Positions 1 to 10,488 of a DNA stretch of 64,000 nucleotides are shown here, in pieces (positions within the stretch are counted from its first letter, which is position 1; each line of letters starts with the position of its first letter). The DNA comes from a virus: the IMG/VR virus record IMGVR_UViG_3300009130_000005, positions 1 to 64,000 of that record, one strand, 5' to 3'. Made by a program: the position numbers and the translations under genes. Below the pieces are notes generated by a model. The model saw only the letters and a list, made by a program, of their open reading frames with translations. It had not been told where the DNA came from and ran no database searches.

Positions 1-297
1 TATAACGGAGGGCTAGTGGTATTAAATAAAAAATATAGAAATCCAAAAACTTATAACGATCTCAAAAATCAACCCGTAAGCAGACTACACGACCAAGATA
101 TAATTAACAATTTTTTTAAAGGTAAAATTACAAAACTTCCGACAGCATTTAATTTTTCAAAAAGAATGATAGACTGCGAAGAGCTGAACATAAAAGATGC
201 AAAAATAATACATTTTGTAGGAGAAAACCCTTGGGAAGATTACCCAGAAAAAGAAAAATTTAAACAACTAGAAAAAAGATGGCTTAGTTATGTATAA
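1..297 (+). CDS. Glycosyltransferase family 8-like, C-terminal part (gene starts before the window)
   Basis: Frame open from base 1 (YNGGLVVLN); HDQDIIN and IIHFVGENPW are GT8 motifs. Confidence 0.75.
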   Translation, partial: YNGGLVVLNKKYRNPKTYNDLKNQPVSRLHDQDIINNFFKGKITKLPTAFNFSKRMIDCEELNIKDAKIIHFVGENPWEDYPEKEKFKQLEKRWLSYV

Positions 298-1006
298 AAA
301 AGTTTACCTTATAACAACCACAACAGATAAAACAGGAGAGATGTGGAGAAAAGGCTTTCTATTAAATATTGGAATACAAGAAGATCTCCAAGACAAAAAC
401 AGCTTATTTCTATTTTGTCATACAGTAGATAGCAAAAGCAAAGAAGGCATTAAAGAATCAGAGTTTGAAGATACTATATTTAATCACTACAAAAACATAA
501 AAAACCTAAACATTCACTGCAGAGACGGATACATATATCTTGCAGAAAAAACTTTTCGAGCGATTTCTTGGATAAGTAAAAATCTTAAATTCGAATATTT
601 ACTAAAATGTGATGACAATAAACCTCCGCTTGTTGGGCTAACAACTCCAACAGGCAAAGATTTTTCAGGCGTAGCTATAAGCAGAAAACGAGAAATAGAT
701 GAAAAAGGAAGAGGTTGGTGGAATAAACACCACCAAGAGCAGGGACTTACTCCATGCAGGATTTCAAAATTTGAAAAATGGGCAAGACAAAGAAATATAA
801 AAGTAGATGTTGATTACTATGACTCATCGGTGTACTATTCAATATGGAAACCGTATATATTATCCTCGAGTTTTTGCAAGATTATAGCAAAGCATGGCAA
901 AAACTATTCAGACCTTTACTGTAAACACCTAGGGGGATGCGAAGACCATATGATAGGAAAGATCTGGAGAGACTTACAAATAACATATAACTTAACAATT
1001 CAATAA
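290..1006 (+). CDS. Galactosyltransferase (GT31)-like protein
   Basis: LAEKT, YLLKCDD, C-terminal GGCEDHMIG; paralog at 16743. Confidence 0.55.
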   Translation: MYKKVYLITTTTDKTGEMWRKGFLLNIGIQEDLQDKNSLFLFCHTVDSKSKEGIKESEFEDTIFNHYKNIKNLNIHCRDGYIYLAEKTFRAISWISKNLKFEYLLKCDDNKPPLVGLTTPTGKDFSGVAISRKREIDEKGRGWWNKHHQEQGLTPCRISKFEKWARQRNIKVDVDYYDSSVYYSIWKPYILSSSFCKIIAKHGKNYSDLYCKHLGGCEDHMIGKIWRDLQITYNLTIQ

Positions 1007-2010
1007 TGAAAATCAATATCATAGGATGCGGACTCTCAGGAGTAACGGCAGCAATCAAGCTCAAAGAAAAAGGGCACGATGTAGAAATATTTGAAACGCG
1101 AAATCACATTGCAGGAAACTGCTATGATCATAAAATAGACGGAGTAACAGTCCATGAGTACGGCTCTCACATCTTCCACACCAGCAACGAAAAGGTATGG
1201 GAGTTCCTTAACAGGTATACAAAGTTTAACAACTATAGCCATAAAGTTAGAGCAAACACAAAAGAAGGAAGATTATCAATTCCTTTTAGCAAAAAAACAG
1301 CAGAGGAACTGGGCAGAGACTTAAACCCAGAAGAAATCAAAGATTTACTCTTTAAAGAATATTCAGAACGTCACTGGGGAATACCTTGGGAGGAGCTACC
1401 AAAATCAATTTCTGGACGAGTTCCAAACAAGAGAGATAACTATGATGATAGATATTTTACTGACAAATATCAAGGGATCCCAGAACAAGGTTATACAAAA
1501 ATGTTTGAAGCAATGCTTGAAGGAATTAAGGTAAACTTGGGGGTAGATCCAGATGCATGGAAAAATTTAAAAGGCGACCTGATGATATGGACAGGCCGAA
1601 TATCTCAATATTTTGATATGTGCTACGGACACCTTCCTTACAGATCATTAAGGTTTGAACATACAAAAACAAAAAGAGACCCAAATGAATTCTCCTACGA
1701 GCTGGGAGCAGTAATCAATGAATGCAACACCCAACCTTTTAACAGAACAATGGACAGCGCAGTCTATCTAGATGAACGCCCAGAATACACAATACTAACA
1801 AGGGACCACCCAGAAGAATATGTCCAAGGTAAAAACGAGCCAATTTACCCTAAGACATTTGGAGAGGGGCCAGAGCTTTACAAAAAATATAAGGAACTAT
1901 CAAAAACAAAAAAAGATGTCATATTTCTTGGTAGGTTAGCGACTTATAAATACCTAGACATGCACCAAGCAGTCGGAGCAGCCCTCCAAGTTATTAACAA
2001 AATAAATTAA
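1006..2010 (+). CDS. glf: UDP-galactopyranose mutase
   Basis: GxGxSG FAD motif, HIAGNCYD, HEYGSHIFHT, YFTDKYQGIP, GRLATYKYLDMHQ. Confidence 0.93.
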   Translation: MKINIIGCGLSGVTAAIKLKEKGHDVEIFETRNHIAGNCYDHKIDGVTVHEYGSHIFHTSNEKVWEFLNRYTKFNNYSHKVRANTKEGRLSIPFSKKTAEELGRDLNPEEIKDLLFKEYSERHWGIPWEELPKSISGRVPNKRDNYDDRYFTDKYQGIPEQGYTKMFEAMLEGIKVNLGVDPDAWKNLKGDLMIWTGRISQYFDMCYGHLPYRSLRFEHTKTKRDPNEFSYELGAVINECNTQPFNRTMDSAVYLDERPEYTILTRDHPEEYVQGKNEPIYPKTFGEGPELYKKYKELSKTKKDVIFLGRLATYKYLDMHQAVGAALQVINKIN

Positions 2011-2013
2011 GCC

Positions 2014-2042
2014 TTGCAGTACACCCAAATTGATGCTATAAT
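2014..2042 (+). promoter_or_regulatory. sigma70-like promoter upstream of nrdA
   Basis: TTGCAG-17 nt-TATAAT. Confidence 0.5.
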
Positions 2043-2090
2043 AACAAAATTATAGCAATTAACAAATTTTTTAAAACCGTAAAAACAGCA

Positions 2091-2105
2091 GTGTACCATT
2101 AAAGC
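2091..2105 (+). promoter_or_regulatory. GTGTA motif (putative phage promoter) before nrdA
   Basis: GTGTA 10 nt before ATG; one of ~20 such sites. Confidence 0.55.
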
Positions 2106-4541
2106 ATGGAAGATATAAAAGTCAAAAAAAGAAACGGCAGACTAGAAGACTTTAACGTACAAAAAATTAACGCCAGCGCAGAAAGAGCGTGCGAAGGAAT
2201 AGAAGAAGTTTCGGCTAGTGAAATAGTGCTAGACGCTCAACTACAACTATTCAATAAAATCACCTCGCAGGAAATAGACGGCGCCTTAATTTTTTCAGCA
2301 AGACAGAAGATAGAAAAAGAACCAAACTATTCGTACGCTGCAGCAAGATTACTCTTAAACAATTTATACAAAGAGGTATTCAGGGAGGGCGTTGATTCAG
2401 ACCTATTCAGCCTTCAATACAAGAAAGCTTTTGTGCAAAACATTAAGAAGATGGTTAAGTCAGAAAAAATTAACCCTGAACTTTTAAAGTTTGACCTTGT
2501 ACATTTAGCAGAAAATCTCAATTTAGAAAGAGACAAAAAATTTAAATACCTAGGAGCTCAAATTCTTTATGATAGATACCTGATCAGGGAAGATGGCAAA
2601 GCCATGGAGTCCCCACAAGCGTTTTGGATGAGGGTAGCAATGGGTTTATCAATTAACGAAAAAGATAAAAACAAAAAAGCAATAGAGTTTTATAATCTAA
2701 TTAGCGAAATGAGGTATACCCCCTCAACACCAACGCTTTTCAATAGCGGTACAACTCACTCACAATTAAGCTCTTGCTACCTAAATACTTTTGATGACAG
2801 TATAGACGGAATTTTCGACGGGGCATGGCAAGAAGCAAGAAAGTCAAAATATGCTGGAGGCCTAGGTCTTGACGTAACTCCGTTTAGATCAACAGGTTCC
2901 TATATCAAAGGAACGAACGGAATTTCTAGCGGACTAGTTCCTTGGCTTAAGATTTACAACGACCTTCTTGTGGCAGTTAATCAGGGAGGCAAACGCCCAG
3001 GAGCAGGATGTGCATACCTTGAGCCTTGGCACCTAGATTATGAAGAATTCTTAAATCTAAGGAAGAATACGGGAGACGATAGACTGAGGTGTCACGACAT
3101 GAATACAGCATCGTGGATTCCAGATGAATTCATGAGAAGAGTTCAAAATAATGATGACTGGTACTTCTTTGATCCAAGAGAAGCTGATCTTCACAATTGC
3201 TTTGGGGTAGAATTTGATAAAAAATATAACAAGCTAATAAAAATGGCAGAAAGCGGGCAAATCTCAAATTGGAGAAAAACTTCCGCTAAAGATCTTTGGA
3301 AAAAAATGCTTAAAGTTCTTTTTGAAACATCTCACCCTTGGAATACATTCAAAGACCCGTGCAATATTCGGTACACCAATCAGCACGAGGGTGTAGTTCA
3401 TAGCAGCAACCTATGCACAGAGATTACTCTACATACAAAGGCGTCAAAATACAACAAAGGCGAAAAAACAGATGTAGGAGAAACGGCGGTTTGCAACCTT
3501 GGATCAGTGAATTTATTAAACCATTTTGACGAAGAATCAAATTCAATCAATTTTACTAAACTAGAAGAAACAATACACACTGCCCTCAGAATTCTTGACA
3601 ACGTCATAGATCTAAACTTTTACCCAACCAAAGAAGCAGAAAACTCAAACCTAAAAAATAGACCTGTTGGCCTAGGAATGATGGCTCTTCATGACGTTTT
3701 ACATAAAATGAACATTAAAATTGACAGCAGTGAAGCTGTTGAATTTAGTGACAAACTTTTTGAGTTTTATTCGATGCATGCAATCTATGCAAGCTCTATT
3801 TTAGCTACAGAAAGAGGTCAATACGAAACATACAAAGGCTCACTGTGGGATAGAAATTTATTCCCAATCGATTCTTACAATAACCTAATGACTTACAGAG
3901 GCAAGAAGGCTGACTCAAAAACAGGCGAGGGTCAAACCCTAGAAGAGTGGGACAGAGTTCGCCAGCATGTTACTGAATTTGGCATGCGTAATTCCAATGT
4001 AATGGCTATTGCCCCTACAGCTACAATAGGATATATAAACGGCGTAGAGCAGAGCATTGAGCCTAATTTTTCCGTGCTTTTCGTGTACGAAAATAAAAGC
4101 GGAAACTTTTTTATCACAAACGAACACTTTGTTAACGACATGAAAGAAAGGGGATTATGGAATACCGAAATAGCAAATCTAGTAAAGCAGGCAGATGGAG
4201 ATTTATCACTACTTAACGGTTCAATCCCAGACGACCTAAAAGAAAAGTATAAAACTGCGTTTGATAGAGACATGTTTACACTTATCGAATCAAATGCAGC
4301 TAGACAAAAATGGATGGACCAATCTTTAAGTTTTAACCTTTACAATAAATCAACCTCCCTCAAGTATCTTAATGATATTTATATGGATTGCTGGGAAAAA
4401 GGCTTAAAAACAACTTATTATTTAAGAAATAGGGCTGCGACTAAAGTTGAAAAATCAACAACAGAAGAATCCACGAACGAACCCTCAGCTTGTAGCATTG
4501 AGGCTATGAAAAACGGAGAAGTTTGTGAGAGCTGCCAGTGA
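2106..4541 (+). CDS. nrdA: Ribonucleotide reductase class I alpha subunit with N-terminal ATP cone
   Basis: VKKRNG ATP cone, PSTPTLFNSGT, QLSSCY, SNLCTEI, APTAT, GLKTTYY, C-terminal CESCQ. Confidence 0.96.
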   Translation: MEDIKVKKRNGRLEDFNVQKINASAERACEGIEEVSASEIVLDAQLQLFNKITSQEIDGALIFSARQKIEKEPNYSYAAARLLLNNLYKEVFREGVDSDLFSLQYKKAFVQNIKKMVKSEKINPELLKFDLVHLAENLNLERDKKFKYLGAQILYDRYLIREDGKAMESPQAFWMRVAMGLSINEKDKNKKAIEFYNLISEMRYTPSTPTLFNSGTTHSQLSSCYLNTFDDSIDGIFDGAWQEARKSKYAGGLGLDVTPFRSTGSYIKGTNGISSGLVPWLKIYNDLLVAVNQGGKRPGAGCAYLEPWHLDYEEFLNLRKNTGDDRLRCHDMNTASWIPDEFMRRVQNNDDWYFFDPREADLHNCFGVEFDKKYNKLIKMAESGQISNWRKTSAKDLWKKMLKVLFETSHPWNTFKDPCNIRYTNQHEGVVHSSNLCTEITLHTKASKYNKGEKTDVGETAVCNLGSVNLLNHFDEESNSINFTKLEETIHTALRILDNVIDLNFYPTKEAENSNLKNRPVGLGMMALHDVLHKMNIKIDSSEAVEFSDKLFEFYSMHAIYASSILATERGQYETYKGSLWDRNLFPIDSYNNLMTYRGKKADSKTGEGQTLEEWDRVRQHVTEFGMRNSNVMAIAPTATIGYINGVEQSIEPNFSVLFVYENKSGNFFITNEHFVNDMKERGLWNTEIANLVKQADGDLSLLNGSIPDDLKEKYKTAFDRDMFTLIESNAARQKWMDQSLSFNLYNKSTSLKYLNDIYMDCWEKGLKTTYYLRNRAATKVEKSTTEESTNEPSACSIEAMKNGEVCESCQ

Positions 4542-4800
4542 TATCCTACTGAATAGGTTTAAAGAGGGAATAACAAGATCGTCTCTCATAAGAAAAGATA
4601 TGATCTTAATAAGATTTGACCCAGAAGAACATTCGGATATCAAAAAAATTAATAAACTAAAAGAGTTTTATAAAAAAACAATAGAAGACTTAATTTACAA
4701 CGGCAAAGAATATATAAGCATTTCTAGCGATGCCGAAGAGATGATTAGAGTCGCAATAGACCTAGATAAATACGAATCTATACTAAGAAGGATAAATTAG
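4525..4800 (+). CDS. Hypothetical protein
   Basis: GTG-start ORF overlapping the nrdA stop, fills the gap. Confidence 0.6.
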   Translation: MRAASDILLNRFKEGITRSSLIRKDMILIRFDPEEHSDIKKINKLKEFYKKTIEDLIYNGKEYISISSDAEEMIRVAIDLDKYESILRRIN

Positions 4801-4816
4801 TGTATAATATATTGCA

Positions 4817-5812
4817 ATGAATCTCCACGAATTAAATAGCTTAATACACTCTGCGACCAAAACAGAACTACTGACAAACCTCTCGGCATGGAAAGCAAGC
4901 ATCAAGAACCTATTAATTACAGGGACAAACGCAGATGAGCATTACTATGAAAATCACATAGGAAGAGAGCTATTTAGGAAGCTATACAATTTCGATCTAG
5001 AGTCAGAAATTAAAGATGATTATGATTCTGGATTTAGGCCAATTTCAGTAAAAAAGTGGAACCCGCTTTCAACGATACCTATCGTTGCTTGGTATGATGC
5101 AAGTGACTCTTCGACGATCACAAATAACGAATCAAATAAGGTGACCGCATGGGCTGACAAGTCAGGAAACTCCAATGATCTTACGGGGCAAGATAATCCG
5201 ATTACAGGAGTAAACACTCAAAATTCTTTAAATGTTATCGATCTCGATGGAGATGACTATTTTGAGAGAGATAATTTTTCGACACCTGCAAGCGCAGACC
5301 TTCAAGCTTTTATTGTCTGCAAGGTCACGACCGTAGATAACAATGCAGATTCAATTATGTCCATGGATGCGTCTTCAAACGATTGGCAGATAGGTGCGGG
5401 CAATCATACTCAATTTAGAGGAATTTTAACTTTTAATGATCAAACTCCTCATGGGTCTACTACCGTTGGGAGTAATGCAGGAATATCGGGATTTCACATA
5501 TTTTGTGCCGATCTTGATTTTACTGATGATGGGGAATACCAATTGTTCGTTGACGGCGAGACGCTTCCAGGAACTTATGTGCGGAACTACACTAGCGAAT
5601 TGGCATCAAATGTAGAGTTCTATCTTTTTGCAAATCGGCAGAGAAACAGGTTTCCCGAAGGTGCGGTTGCCGAAGTCATTCTTTTGGACTCAACAAGCGA
5701 CACTGATCGACAAAAGGTCGAAGGCTACCTCGCACACAAATGGGGCCTTGTATCAGAACTGCCCGTATTGCACCCCTACAAGGATCTTGAGCACAAAACC
5801 TTGAATCCTTAA
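4817..5812 (+). CDS. LamG/concanavalin-like domain protein (possible virion or adhesion protein)
   Basis: AWYDASD...WADKSGNSND...AEVIL...RQKVEGYLAHKWGL signature; GTGTA 12 nt upstream. Confidence 0.65.
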   Translation: MNLHELNSLIHSATKTELLTNLSAWKASIKNLLITGTNADEHYYENHIGRELFRKLYNFDLESEIKDDYDSGFRPISVKKWNPLSTIPIVAWYDASDSSTITNNESNKVTAWADKSGNSNDLTGQDNPITGVNTQNSLNVIDLDGDDYFERDNFSTPASADLQAFIVCKVTTVDNNADSIMSMDASSNDWQIGAGNHTQFRGILTFNDQTPHGSTTVGSNAGISGFHIFCADLDFTDDGEYQLFVDGETLPGTYVRNYTSELASNVEFYLFANRQRNRFPEGAVAEVILLDSTSDTDRQKVEGYLAHKWGLVSELPVLHPYKDLEHKTLNP

Positions 5813-5821
5813 TTTTTTTTC

Positions 5822-5850
5822 TTGCAAATGGTCCCGATATGTGTTAATAT
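5822..5850 (+). promoter_or_regulatory. sigma70-like promoter of nrdB
   Basis: TTGCAA-17 nt-TAATAT. Confidence 0.5.
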
Positions 5851-5862
5851 CGTTATATAAAT

Positions 5863-6876
5863 ATGAGCGATAAAACAGGAGAACTATTAACAAAAAATAT
5901 AGCTGGAGTAAATAGAATTTTACCCCATAAACACAAATATGCTTGGGATTTATTCATAAAGAGCTGCGCAAACAACTGGATGCCAACAGAAATCTCAATG
6001 CAAAACGACATCAAGCAATGGAAGAATAATGAAATCACAGAAGATGAAAAACTCCTCGTCAAAAGATGCCTCGGATTCTTTGCTGGAAGCGAGTCTTTGG
6101 TGGGCAATAACCTTTTGCTTTCTGCTTTCAGATATATTACGGATGCTGAATGCCGCCAATACATTTTGCGTCAGGCTTTTGAAGAAAGTCTTCACAACCT
6201 TACGGTAGTATATATATGTGACAGCTTAGACCTTGATATAGATGAAGTATTTAATGCCTACGAAACAATTCCAAGTATTAAAGCCAAAGACGATTTCCTC
6301 ATGGAGATCACTAATGATATTAGCAGGCAAGACTTTAACCCTCACAACAAAGAAGGCAAGCAAGAAATACTTAGAAACTTTTTAACTTATTGGATTGTTT
6401 GCGAAGGAACCTTTTTCTTTAGTGGTTTTGCTATGCTTCTAGCTCTAGGGAGGCAAAATAAACTTCAAGGAATTTCTGATCAAATCAAATATACATTACG
6501 AGATGAAAGTTCGCATATTGCATTCGGAACATATTTAATCAATACTTTAATTGAACAAAACCCATCTATTTGGACGAAAAAAATACAAGAAGAATTTGTA
6601 GAACATATTAAAAAGGCTGTAGACCTAGAGATCGCATATGCAAAAGACGTACTTCCAACTGGAATCTTAGGGCTTAATGCAGATATGTTTATTGATTATA
6701 TGCATTATATAGGAAACAGAAGACTAGAAGCAATTGGTTTAGATTACCGCTTTCCTAGTGACACAAATCCTTTCCCTTGGTTAGGAGAAGTGGTAGACGT
6801 GCAAGCAATGGGCAACTTTTTTGAGAGAAGAGTTAGAGAATATCAGCAGAGTGGAACACTTGAAGACGACTTTTAA
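5863..6876 (+). CDS. nrdB: Ribonucleotide reductase beta subunit, class Ic (R2c, Mn/Fe)-type
   Basis: ANNWMPTE, GSESLVGNN, EESLH, EGTFF, RDESSH, NFFE; Val at the radical-Tyr position. Confidence 0.93.
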   Translation: MSDKTGELLTKNIAGVNRILPHKHKYAWDLFIKSCANNWMPTEISMQNDIKQWKNNEITEDEKLLVKRCLGFFAGSESLVGNNLLLSAFRYITDAECRQYILRQAFEESLHNLTVVYICDSLDLDIDEVFNAYETIPSIKAKDDFLMEITNDISRQDFNPHNKEGKQEILRNFLTYWIVCEGTFFFSGFAMLLALGRQNKLQGISDQIKYTLRDESSHIAFGTYLINTLIEQNPSIWTKKIQEEFVEHIKKAVDLEIAYAKDVLPTGILGLNADMFIDYMHYIGNRRLEAIGLDYRFPSDTNPFPWLGEVVDVQAMGNFFERRVREYQQSGTLEDDF

Positions 6877-7294
6877 AAAAGCAGCGGGCGTTTTAATAAC
6901 CTGCAATAACTGCGTAGTTTTAACAAAAAGAATTAAAAACTACAAAGGTCAAAAAGTTCCCTATGGGGGTTATTGGTCTCCTTTTGCAGGCATAATCGAA
7001 GAAGGAGAAGATCCAAGAGATACGGCAATAAGAGAGCTTAAAGAAGAATCGGGAGTAAAAGCAGAAAAAAAAGATTTAGTTTTCTTAGATGACTTCAGTT
7101 CTCCTGAAAGATTTTTTACATTATACGCTTTAGAAGTTAAAGAATTTCCCAAAATTACTCTTTGCGAGGAACATACAGACTTAGGTTATTTTGTTATAGA
7201 TTCCCTGCAAGAACTGCCACTAGAGTACAAAATAGATCCAGAGATAGCTAAATCTATACAGCGGTATAAAAAAATATTCCCAAAAAAGATTTGA
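6821..7294 (+). CDS. NUDIX hydrolase (true start probably near 6850-6860)
   Basis: Nudix box GIIEEGEDPRDTAIRELKEESG. Confidence 0.88.
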   Translation: MREELENISRVEHLKTTFKKAAGVLITCNNCVVLTKRIKNYKGQKVPYGGYWSPFAGIIEEGEDPRDTAIRELKEESGVKAEKKDLVFLDDFSSPERFFTLYALEVKEFPKITLCEEHTDLGYFVIDSLQELPLEYKIDPEIAKSIQRYKKIFPKKI

Positions 7295-7331
7295 ATTTGT
7301 ATCTTTAAAGGTTAAAATCCCCTTTTATATT

Positions 7332-7991
7332 ATGAAAACTAAACTAGTATCATTAATTGTAGCCCTATTGGGACTAAATATTAACGTCGCTTCAGCCATT
7401 AATGGCAACGCAGGAGGAGAGTTTTCCTCTGAGTATCACAGAAGAGGAGCTGTAGTCTCTCAGGACGCTATTCAGGCCCGTATTGGGGCAAATACCGACC
7501 TAGGAGGACTGGATGTATCTCTAGACTTCTTTTCCAACCAAGGAACAGAAAGCGGAGCAACAAACTCTAACGAGCTCACCCTGTCAGCAGGAGGCTCCCT
7601 GTTTGGAGATAAGATGTCGGCTTATATTGGGGTTTATAATACCGATATGAGCAACGCCGATGCAGTGCTAGAAGGATTCCTTCAGCTTGGGGTAGATGCC
7701 CCCTTGAACCCTACTGTTAGGGTCTTTAGAGGAGCTTCCAATAACCTTAATACCTTCGAAGGTCAGCTAAGTCATAGTCTTGACCTAAAGGTTGTTAACC
7801 TAGGCTTAACAGGAGTTCTGGGTAATACGGAAACCTCGCAAACGGCAGATTCAACCTATACCTTGGTAACGGGAACAGTATCTAAGGATGTTTCAGAAAA
7901 TTTCAGTATTTACGCAGACCTCTCGCTGTCTGACACAAATTCCAGAGATTCGGAATTGTTTTGGGGAGCTGGAGTAAGCGTGAAGTTCTAA
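7332..7991 (+). CDS. Outer-membrane beta-barrel protein
   Basis: Signal peptide, amphipathic beta strands, SEYHRRG near N-terminus, C-terminal WGAGVSVKF beta-signal. Confidence 0.75.
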   Translation: MKTKLVSLIVALLGLNINVASAINGNAGGEFSSEYHRRGAVVSQDAIQARIGANTDLGGLDVSLDFFSNQGTESGATNSNELTLSAGGSLFGDKMSAYIGVYNTDMSNADAVLEGFLQLGVDAPLNPTVRVFRGASNNLNTFEGQLSHSLDLKVVNLGLTGVLGNTETSQTADSTYTLVTGTVSKDVSENFSIYADLSLSDTNSRDSELFWGAGVSVKF

Positions 7992-8009
7992 AAAACTAAA
8001 TTAATTATT

Positions 8010-8267
8010 ATGAATAAAGTAGTAACAACAATTAAGGCCTCCATCGGCGGTCTATTCGCAGTGTTAACGTCAGTCGTCGGACTCCTTGTGCTTTCGCAAG
8101 TTGTGTTTGGCGAAGCAGCAGGAATGAATGTCATCGGAAACCTGCAAAACATCGTAAACGGATTCGTTGGTGAAGGCGCAAGCCTTGCAGGACTGATCAC
8201 CCTTTTATTGATCGTAGGCCTACTCCAAAAGCAATCTTGTTGCGCCTCGGACGAGGACAAGAAGTAA
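8010..8267 (+). CDS. Small membrane protein
   Basis: Two hydrophobic helices; follows the barrel gene and precedes a terminator. Confidence 0.75.
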   Translation: MNKVVTTIKASIGGLFAVLTSVVGLLVLSQVVFGEAAGMNVIGNLQNIVNGFVGEGASLAGLITLLLIVGLLQKQSCCASDEDKK

Positions 8268-8290
8268 TAACATCTAACCCTCAATAAATT

Positions 8291-8322
8291 AAGCCGTGTC
8301 AGTTATCTGGCGCGGCTTTTTT
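8291..8322 (+). terminator. Rho-independent terminator
   Basis: AGCCGTGTCAG-TTAT-CTGGCGCGGCT hairpin followed by a T run. Confidence 0.8.
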
Positions 8323-8356
8323 GTCTAAAAATAGTGTATATACTATATAATATATA

Positions 8357-10411
8357 ATGAAAAAGATTCTCATATTTCTATTCAGTACAGTAAGCTGCAT
8401 AGCTTCTGATAAACTTTTTTTTAACGATGGAAACAGCTTAGAGGCAGAGATAGTAGAGGCAAACGAAACCCACGTAACAATCAAAAGAGCGGAAGATTTA
8501 CAACTTTTCAGATTTGAAATATCTTTACTAACAAAAGACACTCAAAAACAAATAGAGCTTTACCACTCAAAAGATAGATATAGCTCGATTCCATCTGTAA
8601 AAACTCCATTAGACGACAGAACCTTAAATTCTTATGTAAATTTTATAGACACACTAATAGACAACAACCTAAGAAACAAAAGACTGCAAAAGACAAGGGA
8701 AGCTAATGATAATGTATACGTCAGAAGATTATACCTAACAACAATAGGAAGAATCCCAACACAATCAGAACTATTAGAATTTACAAACGACAGAAGTAGA
8801 AATAAAAAAGATAAATTAATACAAAAATTATTAAATTCTCAAGGTTACATCAATCACCAAATGAATTGGTGGAGTGATATGCTTAGGATAAAAGATAGAG
8901 TCAACGGAACAAATATTAACGTTGGGGCAGTTTACAGAAAATGGCTAAGAGAATCCTTGCAGTCAAAAAAACCTTACGACCAAATAGTTAGAGAGCTTGT
9001 GGGTAGTACTGGCAGGCTTTTTGAAACTAACGAAGGAGCGGCGGTAAGCTATTACCTAAGAGATAGAGGGATGCAAGCAGACAATCTATCTCACACCGTA
9101 AGGATATTTCTAGGTACGCAACTGCAATGCGCAATGTGCCACAATCATCCTTTTGACAGATGGACACAGAAAGAATTTTACCAAATGACTGCCTTTACAG
9201 AAGGAATAGGAAACGTTAGAATTAACGAGCAGAATAAAAAAATAGGACAGTTAAGCAGAGAGATAAGTAAAGACGGAGACGAGAGATCAGGAACCTTTAA
9301 CAACTGGAGAAATCAAGTTAGGGACTCTTTAATTTTTGGACTAGACAATGAAGGAGAAGGCAAGATGAAATTGCCAAAAGAATACGAAGAGCCCGACGCA
9401 AAACCAGGAGACACAGTAATGGCCAAGGCAATCTTTACTCCAAAACCAATACTTAATCATGAGAGCGGAGACACAAAAAGCCGCACGGTCTTTGCAGAAT
9501 GGATAACAAGCAAAGATAACCCTCGTTTTACAACAATGATTGCCAACAGAGCTTGGAAGCATGTTTTTGGAGCAGGACTTATAGAACCTATTGACACAAT
9601 GATGGATGACACGCTAGCAAGCAACCAAGAACTAATGAAATACCTAGAGAGGTTAATGGTTAGCGTTAATTACGACCTAAGAGAGTATAAAAGAATCTTA
9701 CTGAACACAAAACTTTTTCAAAGACAAAGCAAGAAAGAAGACTACAAAAGTTTAGAAGAATATGCTTTTGAAGGGCCGATACTCAGAAGAATGACTGGAG
9801 AGCAGCTTTGGGACTCTCTAGTAACACTAGTATATAATGACATAGACGAACCAAATAGGCTTTACCTCCACAACCAACCAGACTACTCAGTTATATTTAA
9901 TAGATATAACGAAAAAAATGCCACAGACATTTATCAAGACTTTAAAACTCTTGCAGATAAATACCCAAAAGAAAGAAACTTCTTAAAAATAGTCATGCAA
10001 GAAGAAGAATCAACCCAAGAAGTTAAAAAAGTAAAAGATAATCGTCTAGTTAGAAGCAGCTACCTTCAATATCCTGCGCCAGGAGGACATTTAATTAGGC
10101 AATTCGGAGGGAGTGATAAAGAACAAATAGATAATAGTAACTCTGAAGCCAATACCCCTCAAGTATTAAATCTTCTCAATGGCTTCGTAGAAACAAATAT
10201 TCTGAATAAGAAAGATGCGGATTTTATTAAACAAATCACGGAAGAAAAAGTAAAAACAAAAAGAATCGAAAGCGTTTTCTTATCAATTCTAGGCAGAAAA
10301 CCCACAGGAATTGAAGTTCAACAATTAAAAAACATTATTGACAAAAAAGATGGCTTTAAGCATGTCTCATGGATCTTATTAAACAGTCATGAATTTATAT
10401 TTATACAATAA
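8357..10411 (+). CDS. DUF1549/DUF1553 (planctomycete PSD1-type) exported protein with CxxCH
   Basis: VRRLYLTTIGRIPT, FLGTQLQCAMCHNHPFD, NRAWKHVFGAGLIEP, ILGRKP, LLNSHEF; signal peptide. Confidence 0.88.
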   Translation: MKKILIFLFSTVSCIASDKLFFNDGNSLEAEIVEANETHVTIKRAEDLQLFRFEISLLTKDTQKQIELYHSKDRYSSIPSVKTPLDDRTLNSYVNFIDTLIDNNLRNKRLQKTREANDNVYVRRLYLTTIGRIPTQSELLEFTNDRSRNKKDKLIQKLLNSQGYINHQMNWWSDMLRIKDRVNGTNINVGAVYRKWLRESLQSKKPYDQIVRELVGSTGRLFETNEGAAVSYYLRDRGMQADNLSHTVRIFLGTQLQCAMCHNHPFDRWTQKEFYQMTAFTEGIGNVRINEQNKKIGQLSREISKDGDERSGTFNNWRNQVRDSLIFGLDNEGEGKMKLPKEYEEPDAKPGDTVMAKAIFTPKPILNHESGDTKSRTVFAEWITSKDNPRFTTMIANRAWKHVFGAGLIEPIDTMMDDTLASNQELMKYLERLMVSVNYDLREYKRILLNTKLFQRQSKKEDYKSLEEYAFEGPILRRMTGEQLWDSLVTLVYNDIDEPNRLYLHNQPDYSVIFNRYNEKNATDIYQDFKTLADKYPKERNFLKIVMQEEESTQEVKKVKDNRLVRSSYLQYPAPGGHLIRQFGGSDKEQIDNSNSEANTPQVLNLLNGFVETNILNKKDADFIKQITEEKVKTKRIESVFLSILGRKPTGIEVQQLKNIIDKKDGFKHVSWILLNSHEFIFIQ

Positions 10412-10488
10412 CTTTTACAAGAAAAACAGAACCTTACCGTGTACTATATAAAAGCGGATATAAAAAGAAAAAGAAAGGATACTAATAT

